NCBI GenBank assembly: GCA_030390025.1
Contig: CM059443.1
Coordinates: forward strand, 48,670,001-48,734,000
Length of the DNA stretch: 64,000 nt
Direction: 5' to 3'
DNA from: Squalus acanthias
Lineage: Eukaryota
This document shows, in pieces, positions 34,901 to 48,191 of the stretch. The position numbers and the translations under genes are program-made. Within the stretch, counting starts at the first letter, position 1. Each line of letters opens with the position of its first letter. A model generated the notes under the pieces. It was not told the DNA's origin and did not search any database. It saw only the letters and a list, made by a program, of their open reading frames with translations.

Positions 34901-36698
34901 GTCGCACAACATTCTGATTTGGAAATATATTGCTGTTCCTTCATTGTTGCTGGGTCAAAATCCTAGAATTGCCTCCCTAACAGCATTGTGGAGCACCTTC
35001 ACCATTTGGAGTGCAGAAGAAAGGCCAAACCCAACTGACCTTCTCAATGGCAACTAGGGATTGGGCAATAAATGCCGGAATTGCCAGTGACACCCACATC
35101 CCGAAGAAAGATAAAATAAATATGAATTAATCATCCACTTAATGAGGGAACTTAATTTAAGACGTGGCATTGAATACTGGTTCCTAACTTTCAGGGAGAT
35201 TATAATAACTGATAATTGGTGTGAGGACATTAGTTAGTCCTGTAAAAGGAAAACATATGGGTAAATATTATCTTTTTAGTTGGGGTTTCTGTAGAAGGAG
35301 GGAATTAGCTGAAGTTGAATGGTGCAGACCAGAGAGATATTTATAATTAAAAGTATCACTTGATGGAGAGCAATTATATGTAACAAGAGCCGAATTATTT
35401 ATAAGGTAATGAAGTAGAGTTATACCAATCTCGTTAGCCGAATGGAAAAAGAGCTCGTTAGTTAGGAAACCAGCTGTTAGCTAAAGTTATCGATAAGGAC
35501 TCAGTTCAATTGGACTCTCCTTATATGGAGTTGTTTTTCAATGCAGAAATGTGCAAATTGTCACATAGTCGGAGTGAGGGGTAAGTACAAAAACTGGCAG
35601 AGTGTAATCAGTATTTGGATTCGAAGGGATTTGATTGGCCTAAAACACTGAACATTAACACGTTTGAGTCGCCAGCCATCAGCTCTTGTAAGTTCTTGTG
35701 GCTCTTTGCCAGAATCAACTCACGGCCTCGCTCTCCCCACAGTTCTCCTGTATCTTTCACAGCTTCAAATGTTTATCCAATTCTCACTTAAAAGATAGAA
35801 TCATAGAATCATAGAAAGTTACAGCACGGAAGCAGGCCATTTCGGCCCATCGTATCTGCCGCGGCCAACAAAGAGCCATCCAGTCTAATCCCACTTCCCA
35901 GCTCTTGGTCCGTAGCCCTGCAGGTTACAACATCCCAAGTGCACATCCAAGTACTTTTTAAATGTGGTTAGGGTTTCTGCTTCTACCACCCTTTCAGGCA
36001 GTGAGTTCCAGACCCCCACAACCGTCTGGGTGAAGAAATTCCCCTCAAATCCCCATTAAACCTCCCACCAATTGCTTTAAATCTGTCCCCCCTGGTTTTT
36101 GACCCCTCTGCTAAGGGAAATAGGTCCTTTTTGTCCACTTTATCTCGGCCCCTCATAATTTTATACACCTCAATAAGGTCTCCCCTCAGCCTCCTCTGTT
36201 CCAAGGAAAACAAACCCAGCCAATCCAGTCTTTCCTCATAGCTAAGATTCTCTACTCCCGGCAACATCCTTGTAAATCTCCTCTGTACCCTTTCTAGTGC
36301 AATTATATCTTTCCTGTAATGTGGTGACCAGAACTGCACGCAGTACTCTAGCTGAGGCCTAACTAGTGTTTTATACAGTTGATAAGATCCAAAGCTCTCT
36401 GCCTCAACCATTCGCTGTGGTAAAGCATTCCCTGCTCCAACAACAGACATTTGTAAAGACATTTCTCCTAACCTCTCTCCTCACTGTCTTAGTGCCATTT
36501 TTAAACTGATGACCCGTGATTAAACCGTGTTAAAATGCCACAGCAAGGACTGTGATGCGAGCACATTAAACATATTCACAAGAACACCACTGTTTTATAT
36601 CCTTATCCTATGCTGAAGATTAACTGAAAGTATTAATCCTTACCTGTAACATGTTGGAACAGAAGGAAAAGACCCACAAACACAGCACCGAGCGCCAT
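25717..36698 (-). CDS. IgSF paired-receptor-like gene, copy 2 (Tyr-motif tail; exon A interrupted by CR1; possibly altered or partly pseudogenised)
   Basis: Leader 36644-36698, D1 33367-33765, D2 32426-~32908, stalk 32256-32288, TM 32056-32181, cytoplasmic 31924-31945 and 31792-31826, exon A 31534-31697 (remainder 27738-27760), exon B 25717-25967. AATAAA at 24046-24051. Confidence 0.75.
26310..26880. repeat. (TC)n/(TCTG)n low-complexity tract containing assembly gap 26656-26840
   Basis: Direct; 185 Ns. Confidence 0.95.
27763..31533 (-). mobile_element. CR1 LINE (ORF1 part plus ORF2) inserted in exon A of copy 2
   Basis: Flanks rejoin as cttcgat-ca-aacagtac, as seen uninterrupted at 49726-49742. 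Confidence 0.95.
31534..31697 (-). CDS. Copy 2 cytoplasmic Tyr exon A, 5' part (CFPYSVV...VAYSVT...EHVYCL), broken by CR1
   Basis: Acceptor ccttctgtctag. Matches copy 3 exon A up to YCL, then runs into CR1; the rest of the exon is at 27738-27760. Confidence 0.8.
32056..32288 (-). CDS. Copy 2 stalk micro-exon (32256-32288) and TM exon (32056-32181, GPVIATPVKVTIACAVVIICIVGVLCIVGALCIIRRKRQAAK)
   Basis: Phase 1-1 exons with canonical splice sites; uncharged hydrophobic core. Confidence 0.85.
32426..32908 (-). CDS. Copy 2 V-set D2 plus stalk exon (5' acceptor uncertain)
   Basis: ORF 32418-32933 carries DTGRYLC. The acceptor homologous to copy 1 reads TTG, so the true exon start is probably shifted. 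Confidence 0.8.
33367..33765 (-). CDS. Copy 2 Ig-like D1 exon
   Basis: Near-identical to copy 1 D1 (6-nt in-frame deletion); 399 nt, same splice sites. Confidence 0.8.
36644..36698 (-). CDS. Copy 2 leader exon MALGAVFVGLFLLFQHVT(G)
   Basis: Same peptide as the copy 1 leader; donor GTAAGG. Confidence 0.85.
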
Positions 36699-39600
36699 TT
36701 CACATTCCTAGCTCGTTTTTTGCTCTTCAGAAGCTGGGTGGCTGTTTCACCATCACATTCTGATCTGTGAGATAAAGAGAGAATTGTAACTTTTAATGAT
36801 GGTGGAAGAGAAAAGCAGCTTCCTGTTTGATCAACTCAGATGATATGTGCGCACTGACATTGTATTAATGGGCCTGGGGACAGAGTTTGGGCTGTTCGTT
36901 CAACCCTCCGACCACAGAAGTGTCTAGAGAGGCGAGAGGCTCTGAAATACAAAGTGTACACTATGAGTGTGTCACTGTGCACCACAGTGATAGTGGGCAA
37001 CACACTCGGCAGACATGTTAACAGCCCCCTAGTACGATGTAGATAATAACTATCTGGAGCACAAGAGCTTTTAGTCAACAGTAACATTGGGTCACTCCCA
37101 CTCTCGGAGAGGATTAACATGGGGGACAGTTTGGATGTTGGGTTACAAGATCACAACATCAATACAGATGAGAGCGTTAGCTCCTCCCCTATCATGCTAT
37201 AGAATGGTTACAGCACAGAAGGAGGCCATTCGGCCTGTCGAGCCCGTGCCGGGTCTCTGCAAGAGCACTTCAGCTCGTCCCACTCCCCCGCCGTTTCCCC
37301 GTGGCCCTGCAATTGTTTTCCTTCAGGTACTTATCCAATTCCCTTTTGAAAGCCACAATTGAGTCTACCTCCACCATCCTTTCAGGCAGTGCATTCCAGA
37401 TCCTAACCACTGCCTGCGTAAAAAAGTTTTTCCTTATGTCGCGTTTGGTTCTTCTGCCAATCACCTTAAATCTGTGTCCTCTGGTTCTCGACCCTTCCAC
37501 CAATGGGAACAGTTTCTCTCTATCTACTCTGTCCAGACCCCTCATGATTTTGAATACCTCTATCAAATCTCCTCTCAACCTTCTCTGTTCTAAGGAGAAC
37601 AATCCCAGCTTCTCCAGTCTATCCACGTAACTGAAGCCCCTCATTCTGGAACCATTCTCATAAATCTTTTCTGCACCCTCTCTAAGGTCTTCCTAAAGTG
37701 CGGTTCCCAGAATTGGACACAATACTCCAGTTGAGGCCGAACCAATGTTTTATACAGGTTCATCATAACTTCCTTGCTTTTGTACTCTATACCTCTATTT
37801 ATAAAGCCTGTATGCTTTTTTAACCACTTTCTCAACCTGCCCTGCCATCTTCAGCGATTTGTGCACATATACCCCCAGGTATCTCTGTTCATGCACGTCC
37901 TTTAGCATTGTACCCTATACTTTATGTTGCCTCTCCTTGTTCTTCCTACCAAAATATATCACTTCGCACTTTTCTGTGTTAAATTTCAAGTGCCACGTGT
38001 CCACCTATTTCACCAGCCTATCTATGCATTTTTGAAGTCTTATCCCTTTCCTCCTCACTGTTCGCAAAACTTCCAAGTTTTGTGCAAATTTGAAATAGTG
38101 CCGTGTACACCCATGTCCAAGTCATTAATATATATCAAGAAAAGCAGAGGTGCTAGTGCTGACCCCTGGGGAACACCACTGTATATCTTCCTCTCATCCG
38201 AAAAACAACCATTCACCACTACTCTCTGTTTCCTGTCACTTAGCCAATTTTGTATCCATGCTGCCACTGTCCCTTTTATTCCATGAGCTTCAACTTTGCT
38301 GGCAAGACTATTATGTGGCACTTTATCAAACTCCTTTTGGACGTCTATGTTCACCACGTCAACCGCATTGCCCTCATCAACCCTTTCTGTTACCTCATCA
38401 AAAAACTCGATTAAGTTAGTTAAACATGATTTGCCTTTAAGAAATCCATGCTGCCTTTCCTTAATTACTCCACACTTGTCCAAGTGACTGTTAATTTTGT
38501 CCCTGATTATCGTTTCTAAAAGCTTCCTCACTACTGAGGTTAAACTGACTGGCCTGTAGTTGGTGGGTTTATCCTTACACCCTTTTTTGAACAAGGGTGT
38601 AACATTTGTAATTCTCCAGTCCTCTGGCACCACTCCTGTATCGAAGGAGGATTGGAAGATTATGGCCAGTACCTCCGCAATTTCCACCTTAACTTCCCTC
38701 AGCATCCTAGGATGCATCCCATCCGGTCCTGGTGACTTACCTACTTTAAATACAGCCAACCTTTCTAGTACCTCTTCTTTATCAATTTTTATCCCATCCA
38801 GTATCTCCACTACCTCCTCTTTCACTATGACTTTGGCAGCATCTTCTTCCTTGGTGAAGACAGATACAAAGTACTCGATCAGTACCTCAGCCCTTTTATG
38901 AGCCAGCTCTCCCGTATCGCCATGACATCATATTCCCATGTGGCTATTTGCTCCTGCAGCTCCCCAACCTTATTCACCAGGCTTCGTGCATTTACACACA
39001 TGCACTGTAAACCTCTCTTAGACCTTCTTATATTCTCTCTTAGTCTGACACCACCTAATACCTTACTATTTCTTATCTAGTGCTACCTGTCTCTCCCAAC
39101 CCTTTGTGCACTTTGTTTCTCCCTTCGAATGGAACATCCTGGTTCCCATCCCCCTGCAAAATTAGTTCAAACCCTCCCCAACAGCACTAGCAACCTCTCC
39201 GCCCCACCCCGCGAGGATATTGGTCTCGGCTCTTTTGAGGTGCAACCCGTCTGGCCTGTACAGGTCCCACCTCCCCCAGAACAGGTCCCAATGTCCCATG
39301 AATCTAAAGCCCTCCCTCCCACACCATTTCTCCAGCCACGCATTCATCTGCTCTATTCTCCTATTTCTATACTCAGTAGCTCGTGGCACCGGGAGTAATC
39401 CGGAGATTACTACCTTTGAGGTCCTGCTTTGTAATCTCTTTCCTAGCTCCCTAAAATCTGCCTGCAAGGCCTCATCCCTCTTTCTACCTATGTTGTTGAT
39501 ACCGATATGCACCACGACCTCTGGCTGCTCCCCCTCCCCCCTCAGAATGTTCTGCAGCCACTCAGTGACACCCTTGACCCTGGCACCAGGGAGGCAACAT

Positions 39601-41171
39601 ACCATCCTGGAACCACATCTGCAGGCGCAGAAACGCCAAGCCGTTCCCCCAACTATCGAATCCCCTACCACTATTGCCTCTGTACAGCTGAGCCACCCGT
39701 GGTGCCGTGGACTTGGCTCTGGCTGTACTCCCCAGAGGAACTACTGCCCTCACCAGTATACCAGTTAGAGAGTGAGATGCACTCAGGGGACTCCTGCACT
39801 ACCTGCCTGGTCCTCCTTGTCTGTCTGACGGTCACCCATTCCCTCTCTGCCAGCACACTCCTATGCTGCGGCATGACCACCTTCTGAAACGTGCTATCTT
39901 TCCAGGTCTGCGCTGTCCTCAGGCTCCGCTCTGTTTAAGTACTGTCGCCGGTCCTGCCGCTTATTTCCAGGATCTAACTGGGTCTTGAATAAATCGAAGG
40001 TCTCCCTCCCCACTTCCTTACCAGCAACAACAATCCAAGTGGTGGTCAGTCTTTGTGTGAAGACATTCTTCACAACGTCTGTGTTCAAATTGATTTTCAC
40101 CAGTTTTAGCTCAATCACCTTGTTCTGGTATCTTGACTTACCGTCAAGTAGAGGCTGGATTGCTGGATCCACAGGGTTCCATATTTTTTTTAACTCATTT
40201 TTCAGTATGTGGGCATCAAGGGCAATTGCGGAATTTATTGCCCATCCCTAGTTGCCCTTGAGATCGTGATAGGCCCTCTCCTTGAACTGCTGCTGTCAGT
40301 GTCGTGAGGTTGCTCCCAAAGTGTTGTTAGTTCAGGAGTTCCAAGATTTTGACCCAGCGACAATGAAGGAACTGCCAATTTATGTCCAAGTCAGGATGGT
40401 GTGTGACTTGGAGGGGAACTTGGAGGTGGTGGTGTGTCATGCACCTGCTGCCCTTGTCCTTCTTAAGTGGGGGAGGTTGCGGGTTTGGGAGGTGCTGTCG
40501 AAGAAGCCTTGGTGAGTTGCTGCAGTGCAACTTGTAGATGGTGCACACTGTAGCCACGTTGTGCCGATGGTGGGGGGACTGAATGTTTAAGGTGGTGGAT
40601 GGGATGCCAATTAAGCAGGTTGCTTTGTCTTGGATGGTGTCGAGCTTCTTGAGTGTTGTTGCAGCTGCACTCATCCAGGCAAGTGGAGAGTATTCCATCA
40701 CACTCCTGACTTGTACCTTGTAGGTGGTGGAGAGACTTTGGGGAGTCAGGAGGTGAAACACTCGCCGCAGAATATGACCTGCTCTAGTAGCCAGGGATTA
40801 TATGTGGCTGTTCCAGCTATGCTTCTGGACAATTGTGACCCCCAGGATGTTGATGGTGGGGGATTCAGGGATGTTAATGCCATTGAATGTCAAGGGGAGG
40901 TTGTTACGCTTTCTCTTGTTGGAGATGGTCATTGTCTGGCACATAGGTGGTGCAAATGTTAATTGCCAGTTATCAGCCCAGGCCTGGATGTTGTCCAGAT
41001 CTTGCTGCATGCGGACATTGACGGGTTCATTATCAGAGGAATTATGAAAGGAGTTGAACACTGAAAACATCAGCAAACATCCCCACTTCTGACATGATGA
41101 TGGAGGGAAGGTCAATGATGAAGCAGCTGAAGATCGTTGGGCCTAGGAGTACCTGAAGCGATGACCCATGG

Positions 41172-44100
41172 GACATAGAAACATAGAAGATAGGAGCAGG
41201 AGTAGGCCATTCGGCCCCTCAAGCCTGCTCCGCCATTCAATGTGATCATGGCTGATCATCCAAATTCAGAACCCTGTCCCTGCTTTCTCCCAATATACCT
41301 TGATCCCTTTAGCCTTAAGAAATATATCCAACTCCTTCTTGAATATATTTAATGAATTGTCCTCTACTGCCTTCTGTGGTAGAGAATTCCACAGGTTCAC
41401 CACTCTCTGAGTGAAGAAATTCCTCCTCATTTCTGTCCTAAATGGCCTACCTCTTATCCTTAGACTGTGACCCCTGGTTCTGGACTCCCCGACCATCGGG
41501 AACATCCTTCCTGCATCTAGTCTGTCCAGTCCTATCAGAATTTTATAAGTTTCAATGAGATCCCCTCTCATTCTTCTAAACTCCAGCGAGTATAAGCCCA
41601 ATCGACCCAATCTCTCCTCATACGTCATTCCTGCCATCCCAGGTAGCAGCCTGGTGAATCTTCGCTGAACTCCTTCCATGGCAAGAACCTCCTTCCTCAG
41701 ATAAGGCGACCAAAACTGCACACAATACTCAAGATGTGGTCTCACCAAGGCCCTGTACAACTGCAGCAAGACATCCTTGTTCCTGTACTCAAACCCTCTC
41801 TCTACCATTTGCCTTCTTAACCTCCTGCTGCACCTGCATGCTTACCTTCAGCGACTGGTGCACAAGGACACCCAGGTCTCGTTGCACTTCCCCTTCTCCC
41901 AATCTATTGCCATTCAGATAATAATCTGCCTTTCTGTTTTTGACACCAAAGTGGATAACCTGACATTTATCCACGTTATATTGCATCTGCCATGCTTCTG
42001 CCCAATCAGCCAACCTGTCCAAATCATCCTGGAGTTTCTCGGCATCGTCCTCACAGCACACACGCCCACCCAGCTTTGTGTCGTCTGCAAACTTGGAGAT
42101 ATTACATCTAGTTCCCTTGTCTAGATCATTAATATATATTGTGAACAGCTGGGGTCCAAGGACCAATCCCTGCAGTACCCCACTAGTCACTGCCTGCCAC
42201 TCGGAAAAAGACCCGTTTATTCCAACTCTTTGCTTTCTGTCTGCCAACCAGTTCTCTATCCAAGTCAATACCTTGCCCCCAATCCCATGTGCCTTAACTT
42301 TACACGCTAATCTCTTATGCGGGACCTCATACAAAGTCTTTTGAAAGTCCAAATACACCACATCCACTGGTTCTCCCTTATCTATTTTACCAGTTACATC
42401 CTCAAAAAATTCTAGTAAATTAGTCAAGCACGATTTACCTTTTGTAAATCCATGCTGACTTTGTCCGATCCTGTCATTGTTTTCCAAGTGCTCTGCTATT
42501 ACATCTTTTTTAATGGACTCTAGCATTTCCCCCACTACCGATGTCAGGCTTACCGGTCTGTAATTCCCCATTTTCTCTCTACCACCTTTTTTGAATAGTG
42601 GGGTAACATTAGCTACCCTCCAATCCATGGGTATTGTTCCAGATTCCATCGAATGTTGGAAGATGATCAGCAATGCATCTACTATTTCTAGGGCCACTTC
42701 CTTAACTACCCTAGGATGTAGATTATCAGGCCCTGGGGATTTATCGGCCTTCAATCCTGCCAATTTCCCTAACACCATTTCCCTACAAATACTGATTTAT
42801 TTCAGTTCCTCCCTTTCATCAGACCCTATGTTCCCCAACATCTCTGGGAGGTTATTTGTGTCCTCCTTTGTGAAGACAGAACCAAAATATGTATTTAATT
42901 GGTCTGACATTTCTTTGTTCCCCATTATAAGTTCCCCTGATTCTGACTGCAAGGGACCTTTGCTTGATTTCACTAATCTTTTTCTCTTCACATATCTATA
43001 AAAGCTTTTACAGTCAGTTTCTATGTTACCTGCCAGCTTACTCTCGTATTCTATTTTCCCCATCTTAATTAATCCCTTTGTCCTCCTTTGTTGAATCCTA
43101 AACTGCTCCCAATCCTCAGGTTTACTGCTTTTTCTGGCCAATTTATATGCCCTCTCCTTGGATCTTATGCTATCCCTAATTTCCCTTGTTAGCCACGGTT
43201 GAGTCACCCTTTTTGTTTTATTCTTATGCCAAACTGGGATGAATTCTGTTGTTCATCCATGCGGTCTTTGAATGTTTGCCATTGCCTATCCACCGTCAAC
43301 CCTTTGAGTGACATTCCCCAATCAATCCTACCCAACTCGCGCCTCATACCATCATAGTTTCCTTTATTTAAATTCAGGACTCTAGTATCTGAGTCAACTA
43401 CTTCACTCTCCATCTTAATGAAGAATTCTATCATATTATGAACGCTCCGAACCAAGGGGCCTCATAGAACAAGATTGCTCATTACATAATACCCAGTCTA
43501 AGATGGCCTGCTCTCTGGTTGGTTCCTCGACATATTGGTCCAGGAAACCATCCCGTAAACACTGTAGGAATTCCTCCTCCACAGTATTGTTACTAATTTG
43601 GTTAGCCCAATCTATATGTAGATTAAAGTCATCCATGATGACTGCTGTGCCCTTATTGCACGCTTCTCTAATTACCCTTTTAATGCCATCCTCAACCTCC
43701 GCATTACTGTTTGGAGGTCTTTTTATCACTCCCACTAATGTTTTCTGCCCCTTGGTATTTCTCAGCTGTACCCATACAGATTCCACATCATCAGAGCTAA
43801 TATCCTTCCTTACTATTGTGTTAATCCCCTCTTTAACCAGCAATGCTATGCCACCTCCCTTTCCTTTTTGCCTATCTTTCCTGAATATTGAATACCCCTG
43901 GATGTTGAGTTCCCAGCCTTGGCCACCCTGGAGCCATGTTTCCGTAATCCCAATCAAATCATATTCGTTTACCTCTATTTGCGCAGCTAATTCCTCCACC
44001 TTATTCCGAATGCTCCTTGCATTAAGACACAAAGCCTTCAGGCTTGTTTTTTTAACGCTCTTAGACCTATTAGAATTATTATTTACTGTGGCCAAGTTTG

Positions 44101-44775
44101 ATTTAAACCGTTGATTTCTCTGACTGCCACTTTTGTTTTTCTCCTTCCTATCTTTTGCTTTCATCCTTGTTTCCCTTTCCTCTGTCTCCCTGCTCAGGTT
44201 CCCAACCCCCTGCCATTTTAGTTTAAACCCTCCCCCAGAGCACTAGCAAACACTCCCCCGAGGACATCGGTCCCGGCCCTGCCCAGGTGCAAACCGTCCG
44301 GTTTTTACTGGTCCAACCTCCCCCAGAACTGGTTCCAATGTCCCAGGAATTTGAATCCCTCCCCCTTGCACCATTCCTCTAGCCACGTATTCATCTGAAA
44401 TATCCTTCTATTTCTACTCTACCTTTGAGGTCATGTTTTTTAATGTACCTCCGAACTCCGTATATTCTGCTTTTAGGACCTCATCCCCTTTTTTACCTAT
44501 ATTGTTGGTACCTATATGCACCACGACAACTGGCTGTTCACCCTCCCCTTCCAAAATGTTCTGCAGCCGCTCTGAGACATCCTTGACCCTTGCACCAGGG
44601 AGGCAACACACCATCCTGGAATCTCGTTTGCGGCCGCAGAAACGCCTATCTATTCCCCTTACAATAGAATCCCCTATCACTATAGCTCTACCCCTCTTTT
44701 TCCTCCCGTCCTGTGCAGCAGGGCCACCCCTGGTGCCAGGAAGTTGGCTGCTGCTGCCTTCCTCTGATAAGCTCT
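41172..44775 (-). mobile_element. CR1 LINE, duplicate of 19326-22830
   Basis: Same insertion site and flanks; esterase, endonuclease and RT ORFs. Confidence 0.92.
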
Positions 44776-47700
44776 GAGGTCATTGGCCTCAAAAAACCAC
44801 AACCATCTTCCTTTGTGCCTTCAAATCCACTCCTTTGATCAAACTTTTGGTCACCCCTTCTATTATCTCCTTCTTTAGCTCAGACTCCAATTTTTCCTAA
44901 CACCTCCCTATGGGGACATGTTGGGAACAGTTCAGTTTTTCCACCAGTTCCTCTTTGTCATCTTTTGTCTTGGGAAGTTTGAACCAGAGGAACAAATGAA
45001 AAAGAGGAAGTCCCCTGAATGTGATAAATATATATCTAACTCGAGGTTTATTAGTTGCAGTTCTTCCACCCAAAGAAAAGGTCCCACCAGCCTAGAAATA
45101 TCTGAGAACTGTTACTGCAGATCACACAGTATAAATGCGCCAAATTATTAACCAGCAGGAAAACTCAAAGACTGAATCCATTTGTATATCCGGCTGAATC
45201 TCACACCCACTTCGATACCAATAAGCTGTAAATAGCCAAGCCTTTTACACTTGCATCATTGCCCATCATCAGTTCGAATTTCACAATCATCGCACACTTC
45301 CTGCCACTTTGTATGGAGGAGGCTTTAGTACTGAGTTCATTAGGATTCATTTCACTTCAGTACTTGTATGTGTGGTGTTCATATTGTAAATAACACCCAT
45401 TGTTCCAGAATTAGGTGCAGAAGCCAAGGGCTGGACAATGAGCCAAATGCCAGGGTTATGAGGGTAAATTCACTGACTCTATCCCTCCCCGCACCCCGCC
45501 AGCAGTGAGCTCTGCTTGAAGGAGACACAATTTAGCAGAGGGCCACAGTGCTAACCCCTGACCCCTGTTTGAGCATGGCTGCCCACAAGGAGTGTGGGAT
45601 TGGTGAATCTAGAGTGAAAGTTCTTTTATCTTACTGAGCCATGCATTAAACATTTCCAACATTAAAATATAAACTTCTAATTTCAATGTAGTTACACTGT
45701 TTTATGCTTTGCAAAATACTATTCAGAGATCGGCTGGGGGCAGGCAATTTGTACCAAACTTTCCCTTACACAATCATGAATTTCTACCTCAGCGTGGGTT
45801 CCGCGTCCCCCTCCGCCCCCTCTCCACACCCCATTGCCCCCTCTCCACAGCCCATTCCCCCCACCCAACTCCCTCCTCCCACCTCCTCCTGAGTCTGATT
45901 GCAGTGTCCTCACTGAGAGCAGTTCATTCATTCAATTGGTTTGGCATAAAATTCCTGCTGGACAGATAACACAGCTCGTCATTTAGTTATAATTTTTAAA
46001 GTGTTTATTGAATCACTTTCAATCGCACAAGTTCCATTTTGCGTCTCACACACCAGCGATGCGTTATTCTATCTAAACAGAGTCCAAGGGGGTGAAATTG
46101 CTCTTCGCCAGTAGCATGAAATTCATTACGAATCGATATTGGCCAGGACACCGGGGAGAACTCCCCTGCTCTTCTTCGAAATAGTGCCACGGGATCTTTT
46201 ACATCACCTGAGAGAGCAGACGGGTCTCAATTTAACGTCTCATCCGAAAGACGTCACCTCTGACAGTGCAGCACTCCCTCAGTACTGTAAAACATAGAAA
46301 CATAGAATCTAGGAGCAGGAGTAGGCCATTCGGCCCGTCGAGCTTGCTCCGCCATTCAATACGATCATGGCTGATCATCCAAATCCAGTACCCTGTCCCT
46401 GCTTTAATCCCCACAGTACACATATCCCACCCTACCCCCGTAACCCCACGTATTTAATTCCCCCTAACATATCCCATCCTATCCCCATAACCCCACATAT
46501 TTAATCCCCCCTAACACTAAGGGTCAATTTATCATAGCCAAATCAACCTAACATGTACTGGAGTGTCAGCCTAGATGATGTGCTCAGGTCTCTGGAGTGC
46601 CATTCAAATTTCTGGATATGCATTCTCAGCTTGTCCGAGATTCCACAGCGCGAGCGTGAATCCGTCTACATGCTCCCACGTTTAGCATGGCTCCCTGTAT
46701 TCTGCTCCAACAACGACACCAGTGTGATTTTCTGTTTCCCACACCAGCCGTCGCTACAGCTTCCCCATCCCCCCACACCCGCCCGACTCACACTGGGAAT
46801 TGAGTGCTGTGCTGTGAGACCATGTGTGAGAACTGGGCTGGGCTGGACTGGGCAAAAACACATTTCGCGTTGCTATGCTGCAAGCAGTGGAGAGAGGAGA
46901 CTGTCATCCAGGCATTCTGGACTGCATTCAAAGCCAGATGCCAGAGAGAAAAAGTGAAAGGGTATCGTGCTAAATCTGGCGCCAGCTTAGCACAGACTGG
47001 CACTCTGACCCAGAGAGGTCACAAGGTCAGGTGGTGCGGGAAAAGTTGTCTCTGCACCAAACCCGTGCTGTACCAGACCTGGGCCTGCTCGACACTGACA
47101 CTGGGGCCTAGAAATTGGCTCCGGGTGCAGCACACACCGCACACACCCAATGGGGCCGGCGGCAGGAACACGGCACATTGGACCCCCGGCCTCATTAGTT
47201 TATCAGTAGCGAGCTGCAGGCTCCAGTCACGGCCCCAGAGGCAGCTCACAGGAGGAGGGAGCAAGATTGGCCGACTGGGACCTGAGCTGATTCCGGGATT
47301 GGGGGGGGACAGAGGGATGAGGCAAATGGGAGGGGGGCACGCGAGCAGTGTCTGGTAGTGGCTGACGGTTTTAATGTGGGGCCGGGAGGAGCACGCCTGC
47401 TTCCTCCTGATTCACATTCAGGTAAGGATTTGTTTTAAAACTTACTCTTTTGGTGGCGGCCTCCAGCGGTCTCTTTAAGGACCCCTGGTTAGGCCTGGTG
47501 AGGCCGCGTGGAGACCTGGTCACCCTGAATTCAGCAGGCCCAAGGCCGGCAGCGTTCAGGAAAAGCCAGTCTCCGGCTTGGGTCCTAGAACAAGCGGTAG
47601 GCCCCTCATTAGCATATTCAAGGTGCCTAACGCCTGTTTCAGGCGATCGCCAGGGACGCCTCTACAGTGCCCGAACCAATAAGGCAACAGACGTGTTTCT

Positions 47701-47940
47701 GATGCTATTCGGCCATGGAGGGTTGGCCCCCTAAATTGGACCTCTTTTGCACCCATTATCCACCCAGAAAAACGGTGCAACGATGTCCAATTAACCCCCA
47801 CCCCGGGTGTCTGCAGTGGGAAAATGTTCAATACCCAGTGCTGACCATGATGAGTGTAAAATATATGTATTTTTTAAATCTTGTACCACTATGAGTTTCA
47901 ACAAGTTATCCGTTGCCTTTCTCCTGTTACTCGATTATGC

Positions 47941-48191
47941 TCAGGTTTCCTCCATTTTAGCATAAATAGGATTTTCTTCCATTTTTAACGGGCCAGGTCG
48001 TGGATCATCTTCCTCCAGCTGGGACTGTGTTACCGCGTCTACCGGGCAGCCTATCAAAGAATAAATCTGCTCATTGGACAAAGCAACGGGATCCTCCTTA
48101 CTGTCCTCTTTGGGCTGTGATTGGCCGTCTGGTTTGAGTTCAGCAGCTGAAGAGGTTTCAACCTGCCGTCCATGGTCCGTGTGGTCTCTGC
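47941..48191 (-). CDS. Copy 3 terminal cytoplasmic exon B (QIYSLI, PIYAKM)
   Basis: 251-nt open frame conserved with copy 2. Confidence 0.8.
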
